DNA of 64,000 nt, from contig CAVVBH010000031.1 in the NCBI GenBank assembly GCA_963746365.1, positions 98,245 to 162,244 on the forward strand. The letters are read 5' to 3'. The notes beneath the pieces were generated by a model. It did not search any database. It worked only from the letters and a program-made list of their open reading frames with translations, and was not told the origin of the DNA. Shown piece after piece: positions 1 through 10,089 of this stretch; positions within the stretch are counted from its first letter, which is position 1; every line of letters begins with the position of its first letter. A program made the translations under genes and the position numbers. The DNA comes from Ilumatobacteraceae bacterium (GTDB lineage: Bacteria; Actinomycetota; Acidimicrobiia; Acidimicrobiales; Ilumatobacteraceae).

Positions 1-1100
1 TCACGGCTTGAGCGATGGCCAGAGCGATCATGTAACACGCACTGCCGAGGGCCAGCATCGCCATCGTCTTGCGGCTCAGCGTCGCATCGTAGAAGCGTTC
101 GATCACGAGCGGCCCGAGCAGAAATGCGCCGGCTGTCCCCACGACACCGACGACGAGCACCAGCTTCATCAGGCGCACGAACCCGGAACGGAACTCGGCG
201 ATCTCGTTGCGCGCCGCGAGTCGTGACAAGCGCGGCAGCAGGGCGGCTTGGACCGCTTGGAAGAGGAACAGCGGGATGCGCGCCAAGAGCACGCCATATG
301 TGAACCGTGTGACCAGATGCTTCTGGTCGTCACTCGCGAGCAACGTCGCCGCCAAGGGACCGGCGTTGACGAGCGCCGCCGCGAACACCGACCCGAGCAG
401 CAGCCAACCGAGGTTTGGTGTCACTTCCGACCACGTCGATTCCGGGCCCGGCTCGGTGCGCAGCGAGCCCCTCGCCTTCACCCACAGCACACCGGGGAGC
501 GGCGACAGGGCAACGGCGAATCCGTAGGGACCGACGGTCTTGACACCCAGAACGGCCAAAATTGCACAGAAGACGATGCGTACGGCGCCGTCGGCACCCA
601 TGACGATCGCATACGCGCGAAATCGGCCGTTGCCGCTGGCGATACCGCGTGCGAGGTGCGCAGGCGCGTATGCCGAGAACGCCAGGATCAGGGCCACCAT
701 CAGCACCCAGTCGCCATCGAAGTATCCGCTGACGATCAACGGGCTCGCCGCCAATGCAGCGATCGTGACCACCGCCGTCAAGCCGATGCCGAGTGCGCGC
801 ACGCCGCGCCACGACCGGCTGCCCGCCCTCGCCGATGGCGCGCCGGTGAGCCAGTGTCCTGGCCAGTTCCTGTTCGAGCGGCAGGAAGAAACCGGGAGCC
901 AAGGCGAACGTGGCGATCCAGAGACTGGCGATCGGTTGCACCGCCTCGTCGCTGCCGAGGGCGACCTTGGCGACCTTCAGGAACAGGTACGCGGTGATGC
1001 CGGCGATCAGCAGTCCGATCCCTACCGGGAGGGTGCCTTCCGGAAGGGGAGCCCGTCCAAGACGCTTGTCGGACGAAGGTTGTGTGTCGGAGGGCTCCAC
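1..1100 (-). pseudogene. MOP/Wzx-MurJ-like polysaccharide flippase-type membrane protein; 3' end lies outside the window; one apparent frame break near 805-815
   Basis: ORF 330..1100 gives a plausible N-terminus (..LLIAGITAYLFLKVAK..FFLPLEQELARTLAHRRAIGEGGQPVV) and then turns into Arg-rich nonsense. The adjacent minus frame reads RGVRALGIGLTAVVTIAALAASPLIVSGYFDGDWVLMVALILAF.. with many TM helices and stays open to nt 1. The family call rests on multi-TM composition and position next to a GT2 gene. Confidence 0.6.
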
Positions 1101-1149
1101 CAGACCAGCGAGGCTAGCTGCCCCGATGGCCTGGACGGAGACCTACCGA

Positions 1150-1467
1150 TCAGACCGCGGTACGGATCAACTCGCGCACTTTGCCGATGCCGTCGTTGAC
1201 GATTGCTGCGAGCTGCTCGCCCTGAGCTTGTGCTCGCTCCATCGCAACGACGCCGAGCCCGACGGTCATGTACGCGGCATCGAGAACGTTGGGCAGTTTG
1301 ACGTTGCGGAGGGCAGCCACGTCGAGCTTGCTGAAGTCGATTGCCGGGAAGTCGATGTTCGGGAGGTCGATCTTCGAGAAGTCGAACTTGGGAAGGTTGA
1401 AGTTGGGCAGCTCGAAGTTGGGGAAGGTGGGCAGATTGATGGTGGGAAAGTCGGGGAGTTTGAACAT
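1150..1467 (-). CDS. small (105 aa) pentapeptide-repeat-like protein with hydrophobic/helical C-terminal half; probably leaderless
   Basis: Lies inside ORF 1150..1614. The ATG at 1467 is 6 nt downstream of a near-consensus -10 hexamer. The protein is MFKLPDFPTINLPTFPNFELPNFNLPKFDFSKIDLPNIDFPAIDFSKLDVAALRNVKLPNV.., with 5-residue periodicity x-[FIL]-[DN]-[LF]-[PS]. The underlying DNA shows 15-nt periodicity over 1333-1452. Confidence 0.55.
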   Translation of the reverse strand: MFKLPDFPTINLPTFPNFELPNFNLPKFDFSKIDLPNIDFPAIDFSKLDVAALRNVKLPNVLDAAYMTVGLGVVAMERAQAQGEQLAAIVNDGIGKVRELIRTAV

Positions 1468-1473
1468 GCGCCC

Positions 1474-1502
1474 AATATACCGCATGGTGCTAACTTTTGC
1501 AA
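1474..1502 (-). promoter_or_regulatory. SigA/sigma70-like promoter TTGCAA-17 nt-TATATT driving a leaderless transcript of the small repeat protein
   Basis: On the minus strand the -35 TTGCAA is at 1502-1497, followed by a 17-nt spacer and the -10 TATATT at 1479-1474. Then 6 nt (gggcgc) precede the ATG at 1467. This is an AT-rich patch in a GC-rich region. Confidence 0.4.
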
Positions 1503-1558
1503 GCATTGATTGTGAGTGCCTGCACTCCCGCTCGCCCTCGCAGTAGCCTGGCCGCCTC

Positions 1559-4500
1559 GTGGAACCCGCCAACCAACTCGCCCCGCCCGTCGTGGCCGTG
1601 ATGGTGGTCTGCAAACCGGGTGACTGGTTCGACGAGGTGCTCGAGGGCTTGGCCGAGCAGGACTACGCCAATCTCAAGAGCTTGTTCCTCGTCGTCGGCG
1701 AGCCAGGCGACGTGCCCGAACGCGTCCGCCAGCGTGTGCCCAACGCCTTCGTACGCGGGGTCGGAGGCAGCACCGGGTATGGCGCGGCAGCCAACGAGGT
1801 CCTCCGCCTCGTCGAGGGCAACAACGGCTTCTTCTGCTTCCTGCACGACGACGTCGCCCTCGATCCCGGCGCGATCCGGCTGCTGGTCGAGGAGCTGTAC
1901 CGCTCGAACGCCGGCATCGTCGGCCCGAAGCTGGTGTCGTGGGACGATCCGGGCGTGCTGCAGCACGTCGGCATCGGCGTCGACCGATTCGGCGAGGTCG
2001 ATTCGTTCGTCGAGGAGGGCGAGGTCGACCAGGAGCAGCACGATGCCGTCCGCGACGTGTTCGCGCTTCCGTCTGCGTGCCTGATGGTGCGTGCCGACCT
2101 GTTCCGGGAGATCGGCGGTTTCGACACCTGCGATGCGACTTCTACGGCGACGACGTCGACCTGTGCTGGCGCGCCCACCTCGGCGGCGCCCGCGTCGTGG
2201 TCGTGCCGGCGGCGCGCGCCCGTCACCGCGAGGCGTTGTCCGAGCGCCGACCCGATTTGCGCCCGGCGTTGCTGCAGGCACGACATCGCATGCGGTCGGT
2301 CGCCACGCTGACAGGCGCACGACGTCTGCCACTGCTGATGGTCGCAGCTGATCTTCGTGACGCTCGCCGAGCTCGTCGTCGGCGTGCTCTCGGGCAAGCC
2401 GCGCGAAGCGTGGGCATCGGTGCGGGCGATGTTCGGCCTCGTACCGCGACTGCCTGGCATCTTCGTGCGACGCCGCGACGTTCGAGCCCTGCGCCGAGTT
2501 CCCGACGGCGAGATCGCCGGGTTGCAGCTGCGTGGCTCGGCCCGTGTCTCTGCGTACCTGCGCAGCCGCGACATGCGACCGTCGCGGGGAGAGAACTCGA
2601 TCGAGCGCCGCTGGCGTCAGACCGCTGGCTCCGCGCCGATGTTCGCCTGGATCTGTGTGCTCCTCGCTCTGCTCGTTCGGCAGCCGGCATCTCCTCGGCG
2701 GCATCCCGCGATTCGGCGAGTTCCTGCAGCTTCCAGTCAGCCCTCGGGCCATGCTGACCGACTACCGCTCCGGATGGTGGGGTCACGGCCTCGGCTCGAC
2801 GGCGCCGGTACCGACGGGCGTGGCACTGACGGCGTTGGCGAGCACGGCGACGCTGTTCCACATGGGCCTGCTGCACACCGTCGGCGTGCTCGGCCTGCTG
2901 GTGGTCGGCTACCTCGGGATCTGGCGTCTCGCCACCCTGTTCCCGACGGCGCGAGCGCGCGATCGCGGCCCTGGTGGTGTATGCGGCGGTGCCGCTGCCG
3001 TCGCAACTGCTGTCGAGTGGTCGTTGGGGAGCGTTGGCCTGTTACGCAGCGGCACCGTGGATCGTGCACCTGTTACGTCGCAGCGCCGGCATCGAGTCGT
3101 TCGACATCTCCGACAGCACGCGGCCCGACGGCTACACGCCGATCGCGCCGACGCAGCGCGCCTGCGGATGCTGTGTCAGCTCGCGCTGCTGACGGCGGTC
3201 ACGTTCGCATTCGTTCCATCGTTCGCGCTCGTCGTCGTGGCCATCGGCGTCGTGCTGGCTTTCACCACGTTGTTGGCGGGTGGCTCGTGGCGGCCGGCGC
3301 TGATGCTCGTCGCGATGTCGGTCGCCGCTGCAGCCCTCGCGTTTCTCGCCAACCTGCCGTGGGCGTCGTCGTTGTTCGGTCGGCACGGCTGGGACTTGAT
3401 CGCCGGTGTCCCGTCGCCCGTCGCCGACGGCCTACCCGCCGGATCCGTGGGGAGCCGCGCGCTCGGTGTCACCCGTCTCGCCAGGTTCGGGTTGGGCAAT
3501 GGACAGTTCGGCATCCTGGCCATCGCGCTGTACCTGCCCGTTCTCGTCGCGCCACTCGTTGCGCGCAGCTGGCGGTTGACCTGGGCCATCCGTTCCGCCG
3601 GTCTCGTCATCGTGTTCGGCTGGCTCGCGGTGCTCGATGATCGCGGGCTGAAGATCCGGCTCCCGGAACCGGGGGTGCTGCTGGCCCCCGTCGCGGTCGG
3701 ACTGGCCTTGTCCGCGGCATGCATTGCTGCGGCCTTCCAGGACGACGTGCTTGCCGGGTCGTTCGGGTGGCGCCAGCCGCTCGGCCTGCTCAGCGCGGCG
3801 GCAGTTGCGATCGGGGTGCTGCCCGGGCTGACCGCGATCGGTTCCGGCCGCTGGCGCATGCCGACGTTGACCTTGACGTCGGTGCTCGGTCAGTTCGCCG
3901 AGGACCCTTCCGAAGGCGACTATCGAATCCTCTGGATCGGCAACCCTCATGTGATGCCGGTTCCATCGTGGACGCTGCGGCCCGGTATCGGCTACGCCAT
4001 CACCGACGACGGTCCGTTGACGCAATACGAGACCTGGCCGGGCCGGCCGTCGAAGACCGAGTCCGAGGTCGGCTCCGTGATCGAGCAACTCGCGTCGGAG
4101 TCGACGTTGCGCGGCGGTCGGTTGCTTGCCCCCTACGCAATTCGCTACATCGTCGTGCCGGTCGCCGATGGTGCGACCAGCACGGTCGACGCGCCGTTGC
4201 CGCTACCCGATGGTCTCGTCGATGCGCTCGACGATCAACTCGATTTCGCAGCACCACTGACCCGTCCGCTCAACTTCCTGGTCTACGAGAACACGGCGTG
4301 GATCCCCACCCGCGCGCAGTTCTCGGAGGCCGATGCCGACGCCACCCGTCAAGCCGGCTTCGACTCGCTGGCCCGACTCGAACTGTCAGGCGCGGCCACA
4401 CCGGTGGCGGTCGGTGTGGCGGACAACGCCGACGTGTCGTTCGCGGCCGAGCCCGGCGCGGTGACGGTCGCGACGGGTGTCGACGAGCGTTGGACGATCG

Positions 4501-4931
4501 AACTCGGGGCGGAGTCGATCGCACCTCGCCCCGCATTCGGGACCACAACCGGATACGACATCACCTCGGGTGGGTCGGCCACCCTGCTCTATCACACGTC
4601 GATCTCGCGCGCATTCGCGTTGATCGGCCAGCTGGTGCTGTGGCTGTTGCTCGCGTTGGGCATCAGCAGGTTCGACACGTCCTCGATCGCGCGTTGGCGG
4701 CGCCGCCGCGTCTCCGCAGCGCCCGAGGCGCCGCTGTTGTCGATCGATACACCGTTCCCTCCTCCGACCGACAGCTCGGTGCTCGTTTCCCTCAACGACG
4801 ACACCGTTCCGTGGCAGGACGATCCCGAACCCGGTCCGGCGGAGCACCCGCATCATGCCGAACAGCGCGACGCCGCAGACCGTAAGGCCCCAGACCGTGA
4901 CATCGCGGATCAGCAGGCCGGTGTCGAATGA
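1559..4931 (+). pseudogene. family-2 glycosyltransferase fused to a large polytopic membrane/extracytoplasmic domain; at least 5 frame breaks as sequenced
   Basis: GTG start at 1559. N-terminal GT2 fold: PPVVAVMVVCKPGDWFDEVLEGLAEQDYANL.., FLHDDV, GGFD..FYGDDVDLCWRA. Sensible protein can be followed only by switching frames near 2125-2140, 2344, 2678, 2962 and 3165, using pieces of ORFs 1559.., 1939.., 2357.., 2532.. and 2974... The last 1.7 kb is one intact frame with many TM helices. The stop overlaps the next start (ATGA at 4928-4931). Confidence 0.75.
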
Positions 4932-6368
4932 TCGCCCTGCGCCGGTTCGTCGCCGGAATCCTGGTGTTGGCCTCGATCGTCGGGGTCGTGATGCTGCAAC
5001 GCTCACGCCCCGTGCACAGTGGCACCGCCGAGTTCTCGCGTCTCGGTAACCCGACGATGCCGTTCGTGCCCAAGGGCGAGTTCGTCACATCGGCCTGGTT
5101 CTGCGCCGGCGTGCCGGTCGGCGGCCCGCAATCGGGAGGCAGCGCGATCGTCGCCAATCCCTCCGAGGTGACGTCTGACCGGCCGTATCACGACGTTCAC
5201 AGATGCCGCGGGGGTCGAGGCGGTCGCAATGTCGTTCGACGTGCCCGCTCGCGAGACCGTGGCGTTCGATCTGGGTCAGATGCAGCCGCAGGGCACCTAC
5301 GTCTCGGCGATGGTCGAGATCTACGGGGGCGGGGGCTTCGTCGAGCAACGCGCCGACAGCTCGTCGGGCAGCGCGGTGTCACCGTGCTCCAACTCCACGT
5401 CGTCGTCGTGGTACTTCGCCGACGGCTACACCGTCGAGGGCAGCAGAGAGGATCTGGTCATCACCAACCCGTTCCCGTCCAACGCCATCGTCAGCATCCG
5501 CGAGGCCACCGATACCGAGAGCCGCGTTCCGGCCACACTGCAGAGCCTGCTCGTCGAGGCCAACTCGGTGCTCGTGGTCAGCCAGGACCTCCTCGCCAAG
5601 CGCGAGTTCGTTCTCGCCATCACGGTCACCAGCACCCGTGGAAGGGTCGTCGTCGGTCGGGCACAGGAGTATCTGGCATCGGTGGGCCGCGCCGGCTTCA
5701 CGATGACGTTGGGAGCGCCGTCGCTCGGCGATCAGTTCTACTTTGCCGATGGCGAGGTCGCTCCCAACGCAATCGAGCGCTACAGCATCTACAACGGCTC
5801 CGAGACCGAAGCCGTCGTCAACGTTGCCTTCCTCGGCCTCGACCCGGCGTCGGGCTTCGTCAACCCGGAGCCGCTCACGGTTCCCGCCGGCAACGTCGTC
5901 TCGTTGATCGCCGACGACGTCGGTGTGCCGGCGGGCAGGCACGGCGCGGTCTTCTCGACCGAGACGCAGGGCTCCATCATCGTCGAGCGCGCAATCACCC
6001 GGCAGACCGACGAGACCGTCGCGACCACCGTGGTCATGGGGTCGCCACCGTCGTTTGCGTCCACCCGCTGGAGCATGGCCATCGGCACCGACCTGCCCGT
6101 CGAGAACATTCTGGTCGTGCTGAACGCAACAGGCTCCGACGCCACCGTCACCGTCAAGACCCTCGGCGTTGGGGGAGAAGTGCCGGTGCCGGGTATGGAA
6201 GCGATCGCCCTGCCGGCCGGCGGAGTGATCCCCATCGGGGTCACGGATGCGACAGCGCTCGGTCATCCATTGATCGTCGAGTCGACGCAACGGATATACG
6301 TCGAGCGACTCCTGCCTCGAGATCCCGACCTGCGCGGTCGCTCCGGGTCGTTCGCTCTGCCAGGCTGA
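4928..6368 (+). pseudogene. DUF5719-like membrane-anchored extracytoplasmic protein; one frame break near 5168-5175
   Basis: N-terminal TM anchor MIALRRFVAGILVLASIVGVVML..SAWFCAGVP..IVANPSEV is in the frame of ORF 4928... The rest (LTGRITTFTDAAGVEAVAMSFDVPARETV..., Thr/Val-rich beta-type sequence) is in the frame of ORF 5229..6368, which is open from 5172. The family name is from memory of the conserved neighbour of the large actinobacterial GT2. Confidence 0.6.
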
Positions 6369-6372
6369 CGCC

Positions 6373-6831
6373 GTGAACCAGGTGCTCGTCGCCGTTGCAG
6401 TGCTCGTCGTCGCCCTCGGTGTTGGCGCGGTGCTGCGGCGCAGGCGCAGCGTCGATGCTCCGACGCAGCCGGTGTTCGCTGCTCCAGCGCAGATCGACCG
6501 GGCAGACTTCGCTGCGTTCGATGCGCCGTGGCTGGTTGCGGTGTTCTCGTCGGCGACGTGCACGACGTGTGCCGACGTCGTGCGCAAGGCCAACGTGCTG
6601 ACCTGCGCCGAGGTCGCCGTGGTCGATGTCGAGTACTCAGCCGCGGCCGCGTTGCACCGCAAGTACAACGTCGATGCGGTCCCGGTCGCAGTGGTCGCCG
6701 ACCGTGCCGGTGTGGTCAGGGCCAGCTTCGTCGGACCGATGTCGGCAACCGACTTGTGGGCGGCCGTTGCCGAGGTTCGTCATCCGGGATCCAGCCCGGA
6801 ACCTCACCTCGGCCACGACCACGATCACTGA
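6373..6831 (+). CDS. membrane-anchored thioredoxin-fold-like protein with CxxC (CTTC) motif
   Basis: GTG start. N-terminal TM helix (VLVAVAVLVVALGVGAVL), then ..WLVAVFSSATCTTCADV..KYNVDAVPVAVV.., which is typical Trx-fold spacing. His-rich tail HLGHDHDH. Confidence 0.55.
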   Translation: MNQVLVAVAVLVVALGVGAVLRRRRSVDAPTQPVFAAPAQIDRADFAAFDAPWLVAVFSSATCTTCADVVRKANVLTCAEVAVVDVEYSAAAALHRKYNVDAVPVAVVADRAGVVRASFVGPMSATDLWAAVAEVRHPGSSPEPHLGHDHDH

Positions 6832-6848
6832 CCCCCCACGAAGCCCGA

Positions 6849-6961
6849 GCGTTTGACATCTCCGGCCCCGCATGCGGGCGGCAACAGTCAAACGCAGTGG
6901 TCACCCAGGTGCGTTTGACATCTCCGGCCCCGCATGCGGGCGGCAACAGTCAAACGCAGTG
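6849..6961. repeat. tandem direct repeat (2 x 51 nt, 11-nt spacer) of a nested-palindrome element; family also present at 49458-49518
   Basis: Identical units at 6849-6899 and 6911-6961: gcgtttgacatctccggccccgcatgcgggcggcaacagtcaaacgcagtg. Outer 9-bp stem GCGTTTGAC/GTCAAACGC, inner palindrome CCCGCATGCGGG. Lies between convergent gene ends (6831 and 6966). Confidence 0.9.
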
Positions 6962-6965
6962 CTAG

Positions 6966-8930
<1,965 letters not shown>

Positions 8931-9016
8931 GGACACAATCCTACGGGTCCCCAGGGCAATTGGTCCTGCAGGAGTGCATCCACCACACGCTTCCGACGAC
9001 CACATAATTTGGGCTC

Positions 9017-9253
9017 ATGAATCGGCAGTGTTCGCGCAGCGGATGCGCGCAGTCGGCGTCGGCGACGCTCTCGTACCAATACGGTCGCGCGATCGTCTGG
9101 CTCGACGATCTCACCGGCAGTCGCGACCCGCACGACTACGACCTCTGCGAGCGCCACACCGCGCGGCTCTCGGTTCCGAATGGGTGGCGGCTGGAAGACC
9201 GCCGCAGCCGTCGGGTGCTGGTGTTCGCGTCCTCATCACGACTCGCCGGCTGA
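9017..9253 (+). CDS. DUF3499-like small Cys-containing protein
   Basis: MNRQCSRSGCAQSASATLSYQYGRAIVWLDDL..DLCERHTARLSVPNGWRLEDRR matches my memory of the conserved actinobacterial protein encoded next to phosphomannomutase (M. tuberculosis Rv3258c-type). Confidence 0.7.
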   Translation: MNRQCSRSGCAQSASATLSYQYGRAIVWLDDLTGSRDPHDYDLCERHTARLSVPNGWRLEDRRSRRVLVFASSSRLAG

Positions 9254-9290
9254 GCCCGCCGGCCGCGCTGCGCCGGTAATCTGTCGTCTC

Positions 9291-10037
9291 ATGCCCGGTG
9301 CCCAGGTCTCCCCGACACGCGTCGACCCGGACCAGGAGCGCATCAGCATCGGCCAGGCGCTCGGGGTATGGGTCATGACTTGGCTCGTCGGAAGTGTGGT
9401 CGGCGCTGCGGTGGTATCGGCGGCCGGCTACCACTCCACGGAGGAGGCCCCCGTGTGGGTCACCATGGCGGTGGCGGCCGGGCTGTGGGCTCCGATGTTG
9501 GTGGGCCTGTGGTTGCTGAGCGAGCGGTTCGGCCGGCCACGATTTGCCCGTCATCCGTTCGTCGAGGAATTCGGGCTGCGGTTCAAGCTCGTCGACCTCA
9601 TCGGCGTACCGATCGGCGTGCTGTCGCAACTCGTCCTGGTGCGCGTCCTCTACTGGCCGCTCGAACGCGCGTGGCCCGACACGTTCAGTAGATCGCGTGT
9701 CGAGGAGAACGCACGCGACCTCTACGATCGGGCCCACGGCGGCTGGCTGATCGGCCTCGTCGCCATCGTGGTGATCGGCGCGCCGATCGTGGAGGAGCTG
9801 ATGTATCGCGGCCTGCTGCAGGGCGCCGCCGTGCGCCGTTTCAACGACACGGTCGCAGTCGTCGCAGTAGCGGCGTTCTTCGCGTTCATACATCTTCGCT
9901 GGGTCGAGTTGCCGGGGCTGTTCGTCTTCGGTGCGATGCTCGGCGTGTGCGCACTGCGCACGCGTCGCCTCGGCATGAGCATCCTCGCGCACATGGCCTT
10001 CAACGCCACTGGCTTGTTGTTGGTTGCGTGGCAATGA
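9291..10037 (+). CDS. CPBP-family (CAAX-type) intramembrane glutamic endopeptidase
   Basis: Multi-TM protein with the diagnostic motifs APIVEELMYRG, FAFIH and ILAHMAFN. Start taken at the ATG at 9291 inside ORF 9180... Confidence 0.75.
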   Translation: MPGAQVSPTRVDPDQERISIGQALGVWVMTWLVGSVVGAAVVSAAGYHSTEEAPVWVTMAVAAGLWAPMLVGLWLLSERFGRPRFARHPFVEEFGLRFKLVDLIGVPIGVLSQLVLVRVLYWPLERAWPDTFSRSRVEENARDLYDRAHGGWLIGLVAIVVIGAPIVEELMYRGLLQGAAVRRFNDTVAVVAVAAFFAFIHLRWVELPGLFVFGAMLGVCALRTRRLGMSILAHMAFNATGLLLVAWQ

Positions 10038-10089
10038 ACGTCGAGGTGACGCCGCATCACCCGTCGCTTGGTGAAACAATGACAGCGAC

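Noticed and set aside
6849-6961. CRISPR array or MITE interpretation of the tandem repeats (also 53047-53141, 24499-24607, 37105-37213)
   Set aside because: Only two units occur per locus, with 7-11 nt spacers, and there are no cas genes. No target-site duplications, terminal inverted repeats around a cargo, or transposase are visible. I treat them as REP-like palindromes.
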